Origin: an uncultured Rhodothermales bacterium
GTDB lineage: Bacteria > Bacteroidota > Rhodothermia > Rhodothermales > UBA10348
Assembly (NCBI GenBank): GCA_964383365.1
Contig: CAYLHF010000012.1
Span: forward strand, 8,745-72,744
Direction of reading: 5' to 3'
Length of the DNA: 64,000 nucleotides
Shown here in pieces: positions 17,050 to 27,800 of the stretch. The translations under genes were made by a program, and so were the position numbers. Under the pieces are notes generated by a model. The model did not search any database. It was not told the DNA's origin and was given only the letters and a program-made list of their open reading frames with translations. Within the stretch, counting starts at the first letter, position 1, and each line of letters starts with the position of its first letter.

Positions 17050-18531
17050 ATGCATTCGCCTGCTTCTCAGAACTACGAAGGAAGACGCCCTACCGGCAGC
17101 CGGTCCAATTCGCGATCGACCCGACCGGCAGATGATCGTCGCACGCCCCGACGAAATGCTGCTCGTAGGATAACTCGCGGAGGAAGGTCAAGACCTGAAT
17201 CACCGGAAGCATACTGGATTGCCCGGGACCGATCGGCCGGTGTTCTGGGACGTTGGTTTCTGATTCTGCTCTCAATTGTTCTCACCGGGTACACTTTTTT
17301 TGGCCGGGGATTCGCATATATCGGTGTCGCACCGGTTTTCATCGGAGAAATCACACTCTTTTTGGGCGGTCTGGCAGCCATTCAATCTCATAAACTGGGG
17401 TATGTATGTAGACTCCCCGTTGTTCGGGTACTTCTTCTGGTGATGATCTGGGGGGCCATCAACACGGTTCCATACATAGACCGGTATGGAGCAACAGCGC
17501 TCAGAGACGGAGCGATATGGGGATACGGAACGTTTGCAATCATAGTGGCAGCCGTAATACTCGCTCATCCAGATCGGATCCGGATTCTACTCGTACGATA
17601 CCGGCTTTTTGCTCTTGGTTTCGCTCTATCCGCTGCGGCGCTTTACATCCTTGCCAACGTCACGAACGGCGGTTTTACGGTTCCCGGTTCACCGTCACCG
17701 ATTCTGACGGCCAAAGGGGGAGATATGCAGGTTCACCTTGCGGGCATAGCCATTTTCACCATGATAGGGTTCGCAAATAAGCGACCATTGATACTCACCA
17801 TGACGGCCATAGATTTGGTGGTCATCATGGTTAGTAATCGAGGCGGGATGGTTTCATTCATGCTCGCCATTACGTTTCTACTGATTCTCAGGCCTCCGAG
17901 GCTCAGGGTCGCCCCGATCATATATGGCCTGCTCCTGGTAGTGGTAACCGTCATTCTGATCAACCCCGTGATTCACATCAACAAACGACGAACGCTCTCG
18001 CTTGAGCAGGTACAGGAGAACGTGGAGAGTGTTTTGTACAGTTCCAGAGCTTCCAGCCTCGAAAGTACCAAGGCGTGGCGAGTCCACTGGTGGGTCGATA
18101 TAATCAACTACACCGTGTTCGGAAAGTATTTCTTCACCGGCAAGGGCTATGGAATCAATCTGGCGAACTCGGACGGATACCAGGTATACAAAAACGAGTC
18201 GCTCCGGAGCCCGCACAGTGCCCACATGACATTCCTGGCAAGATCAGGGGTCCCGGGGTTGCTGTTATGGATACTTTTTCTGTCGTCGTGGTGGATCGGG
18301 ATGATGAAGGTGACGCTGTCAACTCGAAAACGCGGAGAAACCAGGTGGTTTGGGATTTTTGCATTTCTGACTACGTATTGGACCGCATTCGTTATCAATT
18401 CGTCGTTTGATGTTTTCCTTGAGGGTCCCATGGGAGGTATCTGGTTCTGGTGCGTGACTGGCGTCGGGATCGCCGCACTTGAATTATATAGAACGCAACC
18501 CGAACTATTTCTGGAGCGATCTGAGGCATGA
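17050..18531 (+). CDS. O-antigen ligase/polymerase-family (Wzy-like) membrane protein with Arg-rich N-terminal tail
   Basis: The body is polytopic and hydrophobic, with a large loop containing SDGYQVYKNESLRSPHSAHMTFLARSGVPGLLLW (Wzy_C-like H..H/R motif region). The first ~60 aa are Arg/Ser/Pro-rich (RRPTGSRSNSRSTRPADDRRTPRRNAARRITRGGRSRPE). Confidence 0.7.
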   Translation: MHSPASQNYEGRRPTGSRSNSRSTRPADDRRTPRRNAARRITRGGRSRPESPEAYWIARDRSAGVLGRWFLILLSIVLTGYTFFGRGFAYIGVAPVFIGEITLFLGGLAAIQSHKLGYVCRLPVVRVLLLVMIWGAINTVPYIDRYGATALRDGAIWGYGTFAIIVAAVILAHPDRIRILLVRYRLFALGFALSAAALYILANVTNGGFTVPGSPSPILTAKGGDMQVHLAGIAIFTMIGFANKRPLILTMTAIDLVVIMVSNRGGMVSFMLAITFLLILRPPRLRVAPIIYGLLLVVVTVILINPVIHINKRRTLSLEQVQENVESVLYSSRASSLESTKAWRVHWWVDIINYTVFGKYFFTGKGYGINLANSDGYQVYKNESLRSPHSAHMTFLARSGVPGLLLWILFLSSWWIGMMKVTLSTRKRGETRWFGIFAFLTTYWTAFVINSSFDVFLEGPMGGIWFWCVTGVGIAALELYRTQPELFLERSEA

Positions 18532-19322
18532 AATATCCGTCTGAATATATTGTCGGTATGCGGGTAGACGTCCTGAATTACGAGACAGCGACTGATCAAA
18601 TTCTTCAGTGGTCGGAAGAGCGAAGCAACCGGCGGGTGTGTGTGGCCAACGTCCACATGGCCATGGAATCACACGATGACAAGTCTTTCAACGAGGTGGT
18701 GAACCGCGCCGACATGGTCACCTCCGACGGAATGCCACTCGTATGGGCGCTCAAGATACTGGGACATAAAGACGCTTCTCGAGTGTACGGTCCTGACCTG
18801 CTTCTAGAGATCTGCCGTGGAGCCTCCAAGCGGAAGATTCCTATAGGTCTCTACGGAGGTACGAGCGACCGCCTACGTGAATTCAAGGAAACACTCGAAC
18901 GCAGATTTCCGGATATCGTCATCGCATGTTCTATCGCTCCTCCATTCAGACCCCTCACGGAAGATGAGGACGACGCGTACACCCGCGAACTGGTCGAAAG
19001 TGGCGTTCGCATCATCTTCGTTGGAATAGGGTGTCCGCGCCAGGAGCGCTGGATGGCAGATCATGCAAGACAAATTCCGGCAACGATGATTGGTGTCGGG
19101 GCTGCATTTGATTTCCACAGCGGACATGTACGACAGGCACCGGTCCTCCTGCAGCGGTTCGGGATGGAATGGGCGTTTCGCCTGGCTATGGAACCCCGAA
19201 GGTTATGGAAGCGATACATGAAACATAACCCCAGATTTGTCTTCCTCTTTCTGCATCAAGTCCTGTGGTCGAATCGTTCGAACCATTCGTCTGATACTTC
19301 AACCGCAGCGGTACACCCGTAG
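18528..19322 (+). CDS. WecB/TagA/CpsF-family glycosyltransferase
   Basis: Family-typical motifs are present: VCVANVHMAMESHDD, ADMVTSDGMPLVWALKILG, RVYGPDLL, IGLYGG, IFVGIGCPRQERWMADH, GVGAAFDFHSGHVRQAP and GMEWAFRLAMEPRRLWKRY. A 4-nt overlap (ATGA) links it to the upstream gene. Confidence 0.85.
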   Translation: MKYPSEYIVGMRVDVLNYETATDQILQWSEERSNRRVCVANVHMAMESHDDKSFNEVVNRADMVTSDGMPLVWALKILGHKDASRVYGPDLLLEICRGASKRKIPIGLYGGTSDRLREFKETLERRFPDIVIACSIAPPFRPLTEDEDDAYTRELVESGVRIIFVGIGCPRQERWMADHARQIPATMIGVGAAFDFHSGHVRQAPVLLQRFGMEWAFRLAMEPRRLWKRYMKHNPRFVFLFLHQVLWSNRSNHSSDTSTAAVHP

Positions 19323-19325
19323 CGG

Positions 19326-20489
19326 ATGAAAATTCTCCTGGTACATAACTACTATCGAGAGCGGGGTGGCGAGTATCGCGTTTTCAAAGATGAAGCAGAG
19401 ATGCTTCGAAGACACGGTCACGATGTTCAGACGTTTACCAGGCATAATGATGATACGAAGGGAATGAACGCCCTTGAGCTCGCCCGGAAAACGGTCTGGA
19501 ACAGGGAGATCTACGATGAGATGGGGGCGATACTGCAGACAGAACGGTTTGATATCGTTCACGTTCACAACACACTGGCCCTCGTATCCCCGGCGGTCTT
19601 TCATGCGTGCAGAGACAATAACGTACCGGTCGTTCAGACCTTACACAATTATCGTCTGGTTTGTGCGAACGGTCTGTTGTTCAGAGACGGATCCATCTGC
19701 GAAAACTGTCTAAAGACGTCGTTTCCTTTCCCTGCGTTGATGTACGGATGTTACCGGAATAGTCGTTTAGCCACTGCCGGCGTTGTAGCATCGACTATGT
19801 GGCACAAGAAAATGGGTACGTGGTCGGACGTAGTATCTGGTTTCATCACGTTGAATTCTTCAGCCAGAGATATTTATCGTGAACATGGAATTCCGGATAC
19901 AAAACTTTTCATCAAGCCCAATGCGGTAGATACGCGAAATCTTCCCGGAAACGGTGACGGTGGGTATGCCCTGTTCGTGGGACGCTTGGTTCCGGAGAAG
20001 GGCGTAGAGACACTCGTTTCGGCCTGGAAAGACGCCTCCGTACAGACCCCCCTTAAAATCGTAGGAGATGGCCTCCTGATGGACGATCTGACCACACTGG
20101 CTGCCGGACTTCCCATCGAATTTGAAGGACTGAAAACCAGATCAGAGACACTCGAGCTGATGAGAAACGCGGCTCTCCTTGTTTTTCCGTCCACGTGCTA
20201 CGAGGGCTTCAGCAGGGTACCGATCGAGGCACTGGCCATGGGTACCCCGGTCCTGGCATCCAGACTGGGTGCCGTTGTGGACGTCGTCATTGAGGGTCAG
20301 ACCGGATATTTCTTCGATGCCGGTGATCCCGCATCACTCGGAGAACGAATGAAGGCAATTGAGTCCGACGTCTCCGTCCTCTCTCGAATGCGGCCGCACG
20401 CAAGAAATGATGCGGTCCGGCGATTTGGAGAGGATGCGAATCATCACATGCTCATGTCCATCTACGAATCCATCATCGATTCGGCCTGA
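19326..20489 (+). CDS. Glycosyltransferase family 4 (GT-B fold)
   Basis: MKILLVHNYYRERGGE marks the N-terminal GT4 domain. The C-terminal domain has YALFVGRLVPEKGVETL...LLVFPSTCYEGFSRVPIEALAMGTPVLASRLGAV...GQTGYFFDAGD (E-x7-E region). Confidence 0.8.
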   Translation: MKILLVHNYYRERGGEYRVFKDEAEMLRRHGHDVQTFTRHNDDTKGMNALELARKTVWNREIYDEMGAILQTERFDIVHVHNTLALVSPAVFHACRDNNVPVVQTLHNYRLVCANGLLFRDGSICENCLKTSFPFPALMYGCYRNSRLATAGVVASTMWHKKMGTWSDVVSGFITLNSSARDIYREHGIPDTKLFIKPNAVDTRNLPGNGDGGYALFVGRLVPEKGVETLVSAWKDASVQTPLKIVGDGLLMDDLTTLAAGLPIEFEGLKTRSETLELMRNAALLVFPSTCYEGFSRVPIEALAMGTPVLASRLGAVVDVVIEGQTGYFFDAGDPASLGERMKAIESDVSVLSRMRPHARNDAVRRFGEDANHHMLMSIYESIIDSA

Positions 20490-20512
20490 TATGGCTTTAG
20501 GAATCGGCATTT

Positions 20513-22147
20513 GTGGCCGAAAACAGAGACGTATCGTTTCGTCTTCCGGAAGGAGGCAGAGCGGTAGACCCACAACGTTTTTCCCGGGTATTATTGATGT
20601 CAACTTCTTCCGAACAGGCGCAGATGCGACTGGTGAAACGACCCAGTGGTCGTCATCACGAGAAGGATTCGTGCGTTTATCAGCATATTTCGCTCTCCGA
20701 GACGATGGTGAACGCCAGTGCCGGTGTTCAGCGAGGAAATGGTGACCATGCCTCTCCTGTCGCTTTTGAGTATCGGCGTGTTTTTAATACCATTTCTCTC
20801 GCAACGGGTGATGCGGCCGCACTGGCGCTCTCTCTGACGTTAGCGGGTGCGCTGCATTATTTTGTATCAGGAGCGCCGCTTTTCCAGTGGTGGATCAATC
20901 TCATTCTTCCCATCTGGATGGCGAGTGCGGTAATGTTTCGTTTGTATCCTGGTTGGGGATTGGGAGCCATTGAAGAACTCAGACGTGAAGTGTTGGCTAC
21001 CAGCCTTACGTTTGGTTTTGCCGCAATCCTTCTCTTCTGGGGAAAGATGGCAGCCGATACCAGTCGATTCTCCTTTTCCATTGCCTTTCTAATTTCTCTT
21101 GTCCTCATCCCCGCATTACGGAGATCCATCAAGGCCCTGCTCGTTCGAACGGGTCGTTATGGACTACCGGTCGTCCTCTACGGCGCCGGTGAGACCGGAC
21201 AGGAGGTCGTGAGGTCACTTCGGGCTGAATCTGGACTCGGATACCGACCGATTGCTTTTCTGGATGACCACCCGGGATTCTGGGGTGAATTTGTCGAGGG
21301 AATCCCGGTCCTCGGAGACACCAATCTGGTTCTCCCGGATGCCCAGGCTGCCATTCTGGCCATGCCGAGAGCAGAGCGGGAATTCAAAATGCATCTGCTT
21401 GAAGGGCCGCTCTCCTATTACCGAAATGTTATCATTTTGCCGGACATGAGTGAGATGCCGTCACTCTGGGTCCGAACATTTGATCTGGGGGGAATCCTCG
21501 GTCTGGACATCAAGCTGAATCTTGCAGATACCACGTCCAGAATACTGAAGCGGTCATTTGACCTCGCCTTCACGCTCCTGTTCTCTCCGCTCTGGATTAC
21601 TCTCTGCAGCGTCGTGGCGGTGATGATCTGGCTGGAAGACGGACAGTCACCCCTTTTCCGGCAAACCCGCATAGGATTACGTGGCAATTCTTTTCAGACC
21701 CTCAAATTCAGAACGATGGTTTCAGACGCTGACAGCGTCCTGGAAAGGTATCTGAATGCTGACCCGGCATTGAGAACGGAATGGGAGACGCGCTGTAAAC
21801 TGGAAAATGATCCGCGCATCACACGGATTGGAAAAGTATTAAGACGCCTTTCAATCGATGAACTTCCTCAACTGATCAACGTCATCCGGGGAGACATGTC
21901 GCTCGTTGGGCCAAGGCCGCTGCCTGATTATCATGAAACCGAGCTCGTGAACCGGGTGAAATCGCTAAGGCGCAGGGTCAGACCCGGTCTTACCGGCTTG
22001 TGGCAGGTTTCCGGCCGATCCGACACCGGCAATGCCGGGATCGAACAGTATGACGCCTACTACGTGAGGAATTGGTCAATCTGGTTAGACATCGTGATTC
22101 TTGTTCGGACCGTACGGGCCGTGATTCGATCGTCGGGAGCCTACTAA
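20513..22147 (+). CDS. Polyprenyl-phosphate hexose-1-phosphate transferase (WbaP/exopolysaccharide priming sugar transferase)
   Basis: N-terminal TM helices are followed by a central Rossmann-like region (VVLYGAGETGQEVVRSL) and the C-terminal bacterial sugar-transferase domain KRSFDLAFTLLFSPLWI...PLFRQTRIGLRGNSFQTLKFRTM...RITRIGKVLRRLSIDELPQLINVIRGDMSLVGPRPL. The true start is uncertain, since internal Met codons at 20597 and 20708 are possible. Confidence 0.85.
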   Translation: MAENRDVSFRLPEGGRAVDPQRFSRVLLMSTSSEQAQMRLVKRPSGRHHEKDSCVYQHISLSETMVNASAGVQRGNGDHASPVAFEYRRVFNTISLATGDAAALALSLTLAGALHYFVSGAPLFQWWINLILPIWMASAVMFRLYPGWGLGAIEELRREVLATSLTFGFAAILLFWGKMAADTSRFSFSIAFLISLVLIPALRRSIKALLVRTGRYGLPVVLYGAGETGQEVVRSLRAESGLGYRPIAFLDDHPGFWGEFVEGIPVLGDTNLVLPDAQAAILAMPRAEREFKMHLLEGPLSYYRNVIILPDMSEMPSLWVRTFDLGGILGLDIKLNLADTTSRILKRSFDLAFTLLFSPLWITLCSVVAVMIWLEDGQSPLFRQTRIGLRGNSFQTLKFRTMVSDADSVLERYLNADPALRTEWETRCKLENDPRITRIGKVLRRLSIDELPQLINVIRGDMSLVGPRPLPDYHETELVNRVKSLRRRVRPGLTGLWQVSGRSDTGNAGIEQYDAYYVRNWSIWLDIVILVRTVRAVIRSSGAY

Positions 22148-22167
22148 CGGACACTCCGGAGGCGACC

Positions 22168-23937
22168 ATGATACATCACATCCCGCGTGAGTTAACGGCC
22201 GAGCACGTCTCGATTGCAAATGGTAAATCGATAACCGGCGGCGCGACCTTCGTAGGAAGCATACGAGCCGTATCCATTCCTCTCCTGCTGACAGCCTTCT
22301 ACTATTACTCGTTCCATGCCCTGAGTATCACTGGAGCGGACCTCATCTCAGCCGGATATAAGATTTTGGTTTCGGCGATGGTCCTTACGACCGTGCTCGC
22401 AACCGAGTGGCGGATGAGCCGGATTCTTGCTCTGACCGGTCTCACAATCGGGTACGCTGTCAATGCCATCCATTTTTATAGATACGGCGGACCGCTATCC
22501 CCCGGAGGATTGAGTTCTTCCCTCGAATCCAATTCCCGGGAAGTCGTCGAGTTTTTGTCCCTCATTCCAGCTCGATCCATCGTACAGACGATTGTATTCA
22601 TCGTCGTCGGAGTCTTCTCCATCCGCCGTTTTACGGCACTCCAGACCCGGGACAAAAAGCGCCTGATTCGAGCACGCTTTGCGTGGACCGTCCTCATACC
22701 CCTACTTCTTGTCCCGTTTATCCGGAGATCTGCCAGTACAAAATTCTGGCGGGAAATTTCCCGGAATCCGGTGGCCGTGACAGCCAACCTATATACCCAC
22801 GTACCCGTGATCGGCGAAGCGCTCCTGACGCTGGGCTATTATGAGCAACGAGCGGGACTCACCAGGCTCGAGGAAACGACACAGCCGACCAATATTGTCG
22901 GATTCTCGGACATCGGGACACCAGAGATTGTCGTCCTCGTCATTGGCGAAACCACTCCGAAAAATCATCTGTCGGCCTATGGATACGGTATCGATACCTC
23001 GCCATTTTTGTCGGATCTCAGGTCCGATCCTGGTGCGATATTTATGGAAAACGCAGTCGCTCCCGCTTCTATCACGAGGGAATCTCTCATCCGCGTGCTC
23101 TCATTTGCCACCACGTATGAAAGGAAACCGTACCTCAACAACTGGAATGTCATTGACGTGGCAAGGAATGCCGGGTACTCGACCGATTGGCTCTCGAATC
23201 AGTGGCCGTATGGCTCTGACGAGAGTGCCGTGGGAGCGGTCGCACATCTCGCCGATCGGACCGAGTATATTCAGTTCGATGCTGAAGGACCAACTTTCGA
23301 CACGGACCTTGCGGATCGATTCGGGGAGGTACTAAATGCTCCGGAAAGAGCGCTCTCGAGTAAGAATTCGCCGGACGAGAACAAACGATTTTTTGTTTTG
23401 CATCTGGCCGGAAGTCATTACAGATATGACGCCCGCAGCACGTCTGAAGACAAGGCGTATATCCAAGCGACCCGATCCGAAGAGCCCGAGTTCGATGCCA
23501 GCGTCTACGAAACAGACCGGACTCTTCAGCGCGTCATCGAAACCCTGAGGATTCGGGAGGAATCTTCAGTGGTCCTCTTCGCCTCGGACCACGGTGAAGA
23601 GGTGGGCCTCAAGAGTCACGGTTTTCCGGAACTCAGCAGGGTCCAGGTTGAGGTCCCGTGTGTAATCTGGGCCAATCACCCCCCGAGTGCCGGTTCAATT
23701 CTTGCAGGCATCGCCTCCAACAGGATTAAGCCCTTCTCTACGGAAAATGTACCCTTTATCCTGTCGAAACTTTTCGGATGGACCCTTCGACCCGATCCGC
23801 GAAGAGATCCGTCTCTGATGGCATATTTTCCCGGAACGCTACAGGTTTTGAACGTCGACGGTAGAATAATTCCCGTTGACGACAGCCTCCCCTACTCGCT
23901 TGGTAATCGAGCCGGTTCGTGGCTATTTGGATATTGA
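22168..23937 (+). CDS. Membrane-anchored sulfatase-fold phosphoethanolamine (or related phospho-substituent) transferase, EptA/LptA-like
   Basis: N-terminal TM helices precede the motifs VVLVIGETTPKNHLSAYGY, HLAGSHYRYDAR and LFASDHGEEVG, which are typical of EptA-family alkaline-phosphatase-superfamily transferases. ATG 22168 is preceded by ggagg and avoids overlap with the upstream gene. Confidence 0.7.
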   Translation: MIHHIPRELTAEHVSIANGKSITGGATFVGSIRAVSIPLLLTAFYYYSFHALSITGADLISAGYKILVSAMVLTTVLATEWRMSRILALTGLTIGYAVNAIHFYRYGGPLSPGGLSSSLESNSREVVEFLSLIPARSIVQTIVFIVVGVFSIRRFTALQTRDKKRLIRARFAWTVLIPLLLVPFIRRSASTKFWREISRNPVAVTANLYTHVPVIGEALLTLGYYEQRAGLTRLEETTQPTNIVGFSDIGTPEIVVLVIGETTPKNHLSAYGYGIDTSPFLSDLRSDPGAIFMENAVAPASITRESLIRVLSFATTYERKPYLNNWNVIDVARNAGYSTDWLSNQWPYGSDESAVGAVAHLADRTEYIQFDAEGPTFDTDLADRFGEVLNAPERALSSKNSPDENKRFFVLHLAGSHYRYDARSTSEDKAYIQATRSEEPEFDASVYETDRTLQRVIETLRIREESSVVLFASDHGEEVGLKSHGFPELSRVQVEVPCVIWANHPPSAGSILAGIASNRIKPFSTENVPFILSKLFGWTLRPDPRRDPSLMAYFPGTLQVLNVDGRIIPVDDSLPYSLGNRAGSWLFGY

Positions 23938-24707
23938 CGTCCCACGCCCACATAGAACATCCACACTCTCTCAAACGTGACATTTTTGTCACCACCAGTT
24001 GGGATGATGGACATCCCTCGGATTTCAGACTCGCAAATCTCCTGCTGAAGTACGGCCTTCGGGGGACATCGTATATTCCAATCAGAAACACAGAGCATGC
24101 GGTCCTCGATGCGTCGGGAATCAGGGCACTTTCCGAATCTGGCCTGGAGATAGGCGCACATACGTACAATCACGTTCGTATCGACCGCATGTCCTACGCT
24201 GACGCCCTTCGGGAAGTCGAATCAGGAAAAAATACCCTGGAAGATATCACGGGGACTGTCGTCTCAACCTTCTGCTACCCGAAAGGAAAAATCAGTAGTC
24301 GGGCAAGACGCGCGGTTCGAGACGCGCAGTTTATCTACGCAAGAACGACGAAAGCCTTCCACACGATGCCTCCGGCCGATCGCCTTCTGGCACCGGTAAC
24401 ACAGCAGATTTATGATCACGCCCCACAAGTCCATGTCAGGCATGGGGTTAAGGAGGCGAACTGGACGGGACTGAAGAATTGCTTTCCGGTGATTATTCGT
24501 ACTCGGTCTCTTTCCGATCAAATTCGAAAGCACATCGAGTACGTCGAAATGAATGGAGGTATTCTGCACCTCTGGGGCCATTCATGGGAACTCGACGAAC
24601 ATAATCTCTGGTCCCTCACGGAAGAAATTTTTCAACTTCTGGCCAGCATTCGAGGTGCGCGCTTCCTCACGAACTCAGAGTTGAGTGTGCCGATCGTGGC
24701 GAGTTGA
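23919..24707 (+). CDS. Polysaccharide deacetylase (NodB homology domain)
   Basis: FVTTSWDDGHPSDFRLANLLLKYGLRGTSYIP (TxDDG-type motif 1), LEIGAHTYNHVRI (H-x4-H-like motif 2) and FCYPKGK are present. The start is GTG and overlaps the upstream gene by 19 nt. Confidence 0.7.
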   Translation: MAIWILTSHAHIEHPHSLKRDIFVTTSWDDGHPSDFRLANLLLKYGLRGTSYIPIRNTEHAVLDASGIRALSESGLEIGAHTYNHVRIDRMSYADALREVESGKNTLEDITGTVVSTFCYPKGKISSRARRAVRDAQFIYARTTKAFHTMPPADRLLAPVTQQIYDHAPQVHVRHGVKEANWTGLKNCFPVIIRTRSLSDQIRKHIEYVEMNGGILHLWGHSWELDEHNLWSLTEEIFQLLASIRGARFLTNSELSVPIVAS

Positions 24708-24860
24708 TCATCAGAAGCCGTACCTAACCGGGAGATCGGCCCGCACCGTTCCGGGAAATAATTGCTCGCAGTTCCTTAACAGCGGGCAAAAAGAGCCGAA
24801 ACCCGACGTGGACTCTAATCTGATTTTTTAGACTCGGAATCCGATCCTGTAAATGAATCC

Positions 24861-27800
24861 GTGCTTTATGCACCTGACTCTATGTACGCTTACCGCGCTA
24901 CTTACTTTCTGCTGTTGACGCTGGTACTTGCGTTTGCACCAAATAGATCGGCTACTGCTTTTCAGGTAGTTCCGACGCTGGATCCGGAAAAACGGATTTC
25001 CCAGTATGGTTTACAGACATGGTCCGAGGATGACGGCCTCCCGCAAAGTACCATTTCAGCCATTGCAGAGACCAGCGACGGGTACCTCTGGCTGGGCACA
25101 CAGGAAGGGCTCGCCCGCTACAACGGAATTACTTTCGACGTTTTCAACAAGGGTAATACGCCCGCCTTCGGAAAAGATCACAAGATTGTTTCACTGCTCG
25201 TTGACACCTCTGATCGTTTATGGATTGGACTGGACGCAGGATTAGTCCGATTTGAGAACGGCAGATTCGTAAATGTAGGCGATCAGATTGGTCGCGGGCT
25301 TCGTGTGGTGAATTCCATCATCGAGGACGAGACGGGTACCATATGGGTCGGAAGCGCCAAGGAAGGGCTTTTCTCTATACAACCCGGTTCGAATACGCTC
25401 GAAAAAAGCGATTATGCTATCGCCGATGACGACAAAATTTCGTCGCTCGTGGCCGATATGGACGGAAGTCTGTGGATCGGAACCAACAATGGCCTGATTC
25501 ACCAGCGAAATAAATTAGTCAGGAGATATTCGGAGAAAGACGGGCTTCCTTCTGTTAAAATTGAGGCACTCTTCAGAGACCAACAGGGCATCGTGTGGGT
25601 TGCGACAGAATCCGGAATCGTAACACTCAGCCATGAGTTGATAAAAGAGCCCACCTATCGTCCATTGCGATCAATGAAGGCCCAGGTATTCTTCGAGGAT
25701 CGAGTGGGTACACTTTGGATCGGAACATCCGATCAGGGTTTAGCCCGAATTACGTCCTCCGGGGTCGAAATATTTTCAAAAAAAGGAGATTCTACCGGTG
25801 GTCTCACCTATCAGTCTATCTCATCGATTTATGAAGATGATGAGGGAAGCCTTTGGCTCGGGACCGACGGCGGTGGCCTAAACAGGCTCTACGAGGGCGC
25901 CTTCACCTCGTATACGACAATGGAAGGACTGTCTGAAAATATGATCTGGAGTGTTTTCGAGGACTCGCACGGCGGAATGTGGTTCGGGACCGAGTCTGGT
26001 GGTGTTGACCACCTGGTAAATGATCGTGTCGAGACGTTCAGTACGGATACCGGCCTGTCCCACAATCAGGTATCGGGTCTCGCTGAGACGGCAGATGGAA
26101 CTATCTGGATCGGAACGTATGGTGGCGGTCTCAACGCAATCCGAAATGGGACCATCAGGCATTTTACCACAGACGACGGCATGGCTGACAACCGAATTTC
26201 CGGAACCTATACGGACTCCCAGGATCGGTTGTGGATTGCAACAGACGGTGGTATTTCCATCTACGATCACGGGACGTTTACGAATCTGACATCCAAGGAT
26301 GGCCTCGCGAGTGACTACATCTCGGTTATTTATGAGGGATCAGACAGCGATATGTGGGTCGGCACCTATAAGAGTGGTCTCAACAGAATTACAAAGAGTG
26401 GAATTGAAACGTATACGGCTGCCGACGGACTTGGGAGTGACAACGTGACGGCCCTCTACGTCGACGAAGAAAAAACCGTTTGGATCGGCACGTACGGCGG
26501 AGGTCTCACCAGACTGAAAGATGACACGTTCACCACATACTCGATGACGGATGGACTGTTCAACGATTATATCTACCTGATTCTGGAAGACGATGACGGC
26601 GCTCTCTGGATGACCTGCAACAAGGGTATATTCAAGGTGAGCAAGAATGCCTTGAACACTTTCAAGCCGGGATCAACGGAACGAATCACCTCACGGGTGT
26701 ACACCAAGCAGGACGGTCTGAAGGAAGTAGAAATGAATGGCGGATTTCAGCCCGCCGGATGGAAAGGTGCAGATGGTCGACTCTGGTTTCCGTCCATAGG
26801 GGGTGTTCCGATGATCAACCCGACAGATCCACACTCCAATCTGACCCCTCCTCCCGTTCATGTAGAACGATTTGTGGTCGATGGAGTGAACATGGATCCG
26901 AATCAGAGTCTCAGCCTGGAGGATGGTGCTGACAAGATCGAGTTCTTTTTTGCGGCTCTCAGCTTTCAAGCGCCGAAGCAGAATCGCTACCAGTACAAGT
27001 TGGTCGGCTACAATGAGGATTGGACGCTCACATCCGATCATTCTGCCACGTATACGAACCTGGATCCCGGTAATTACCAATTCGTGGTAATAGGATCCAA
27101 TAACGATGACGTGTGGAATGAACAGGGTGCAAGTGTTTCCTTCTATCTCCGACCGAGCTTTTATGAGACGTGGTGGTTCATCTCGTTGAGTGTTCTCTCT
27201 TTGATTCTGCTTGCCGGCGCTACGTACCGCATCCGGATCTCACAGCTCAGAAAACGCCATGAGGAACTCGAAAGAGAAAGAGACAAAGCGCGGGCAGCCA
27301 ACGAATTCAAATCGGTCATTCTTGATAACCTGAGCCACGAATTCAGAACACCGCTTACGGGAATTCTGGGATATTCAGATATATTGATGTCCGAGGCCGA
27401 GGGTGAAGAACGTGAGTTCGCGGGCTACATCAAGGCCAACGGAAACAGACTCCTTCATACGCTCGATTCACTTCTTGAACTGGCCCGGGTTCAGCGCATG
27501 GACCTCGAGCTGAAACCCGAACCAGTCCTCGTATCAGACCTGATTCACGAAATTATTGCGCTTCAAAATGAGCAGAGAAAGAACGTAGATGTTGCTCTGG
27601 AGGCAGCCATACATTCCAGTCCTGGTGAAATGAATCTGGACCGGCGGAGCATCGCCTACGCTATTCGGGCCCTCGTTGACAACGCACTTAAATTTACCGA
27701 CCGTGGCAAGGTAGTCGTGCACCTCGAGGCCAGTGAGTCCGAAACAGTAATCCGGGTCGCGGATACGGGAATCGGAATCAGCAGATCCGATTTTACTCGT

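Noticed and set aside
22072-22167. Upstream extension of the EptA-like gene overlapping the WbaP-like gene
   Set aside because: ATG 22168 has a ggagg Shine-Dalgarno-like sequence and removes the 76-nt overlap.
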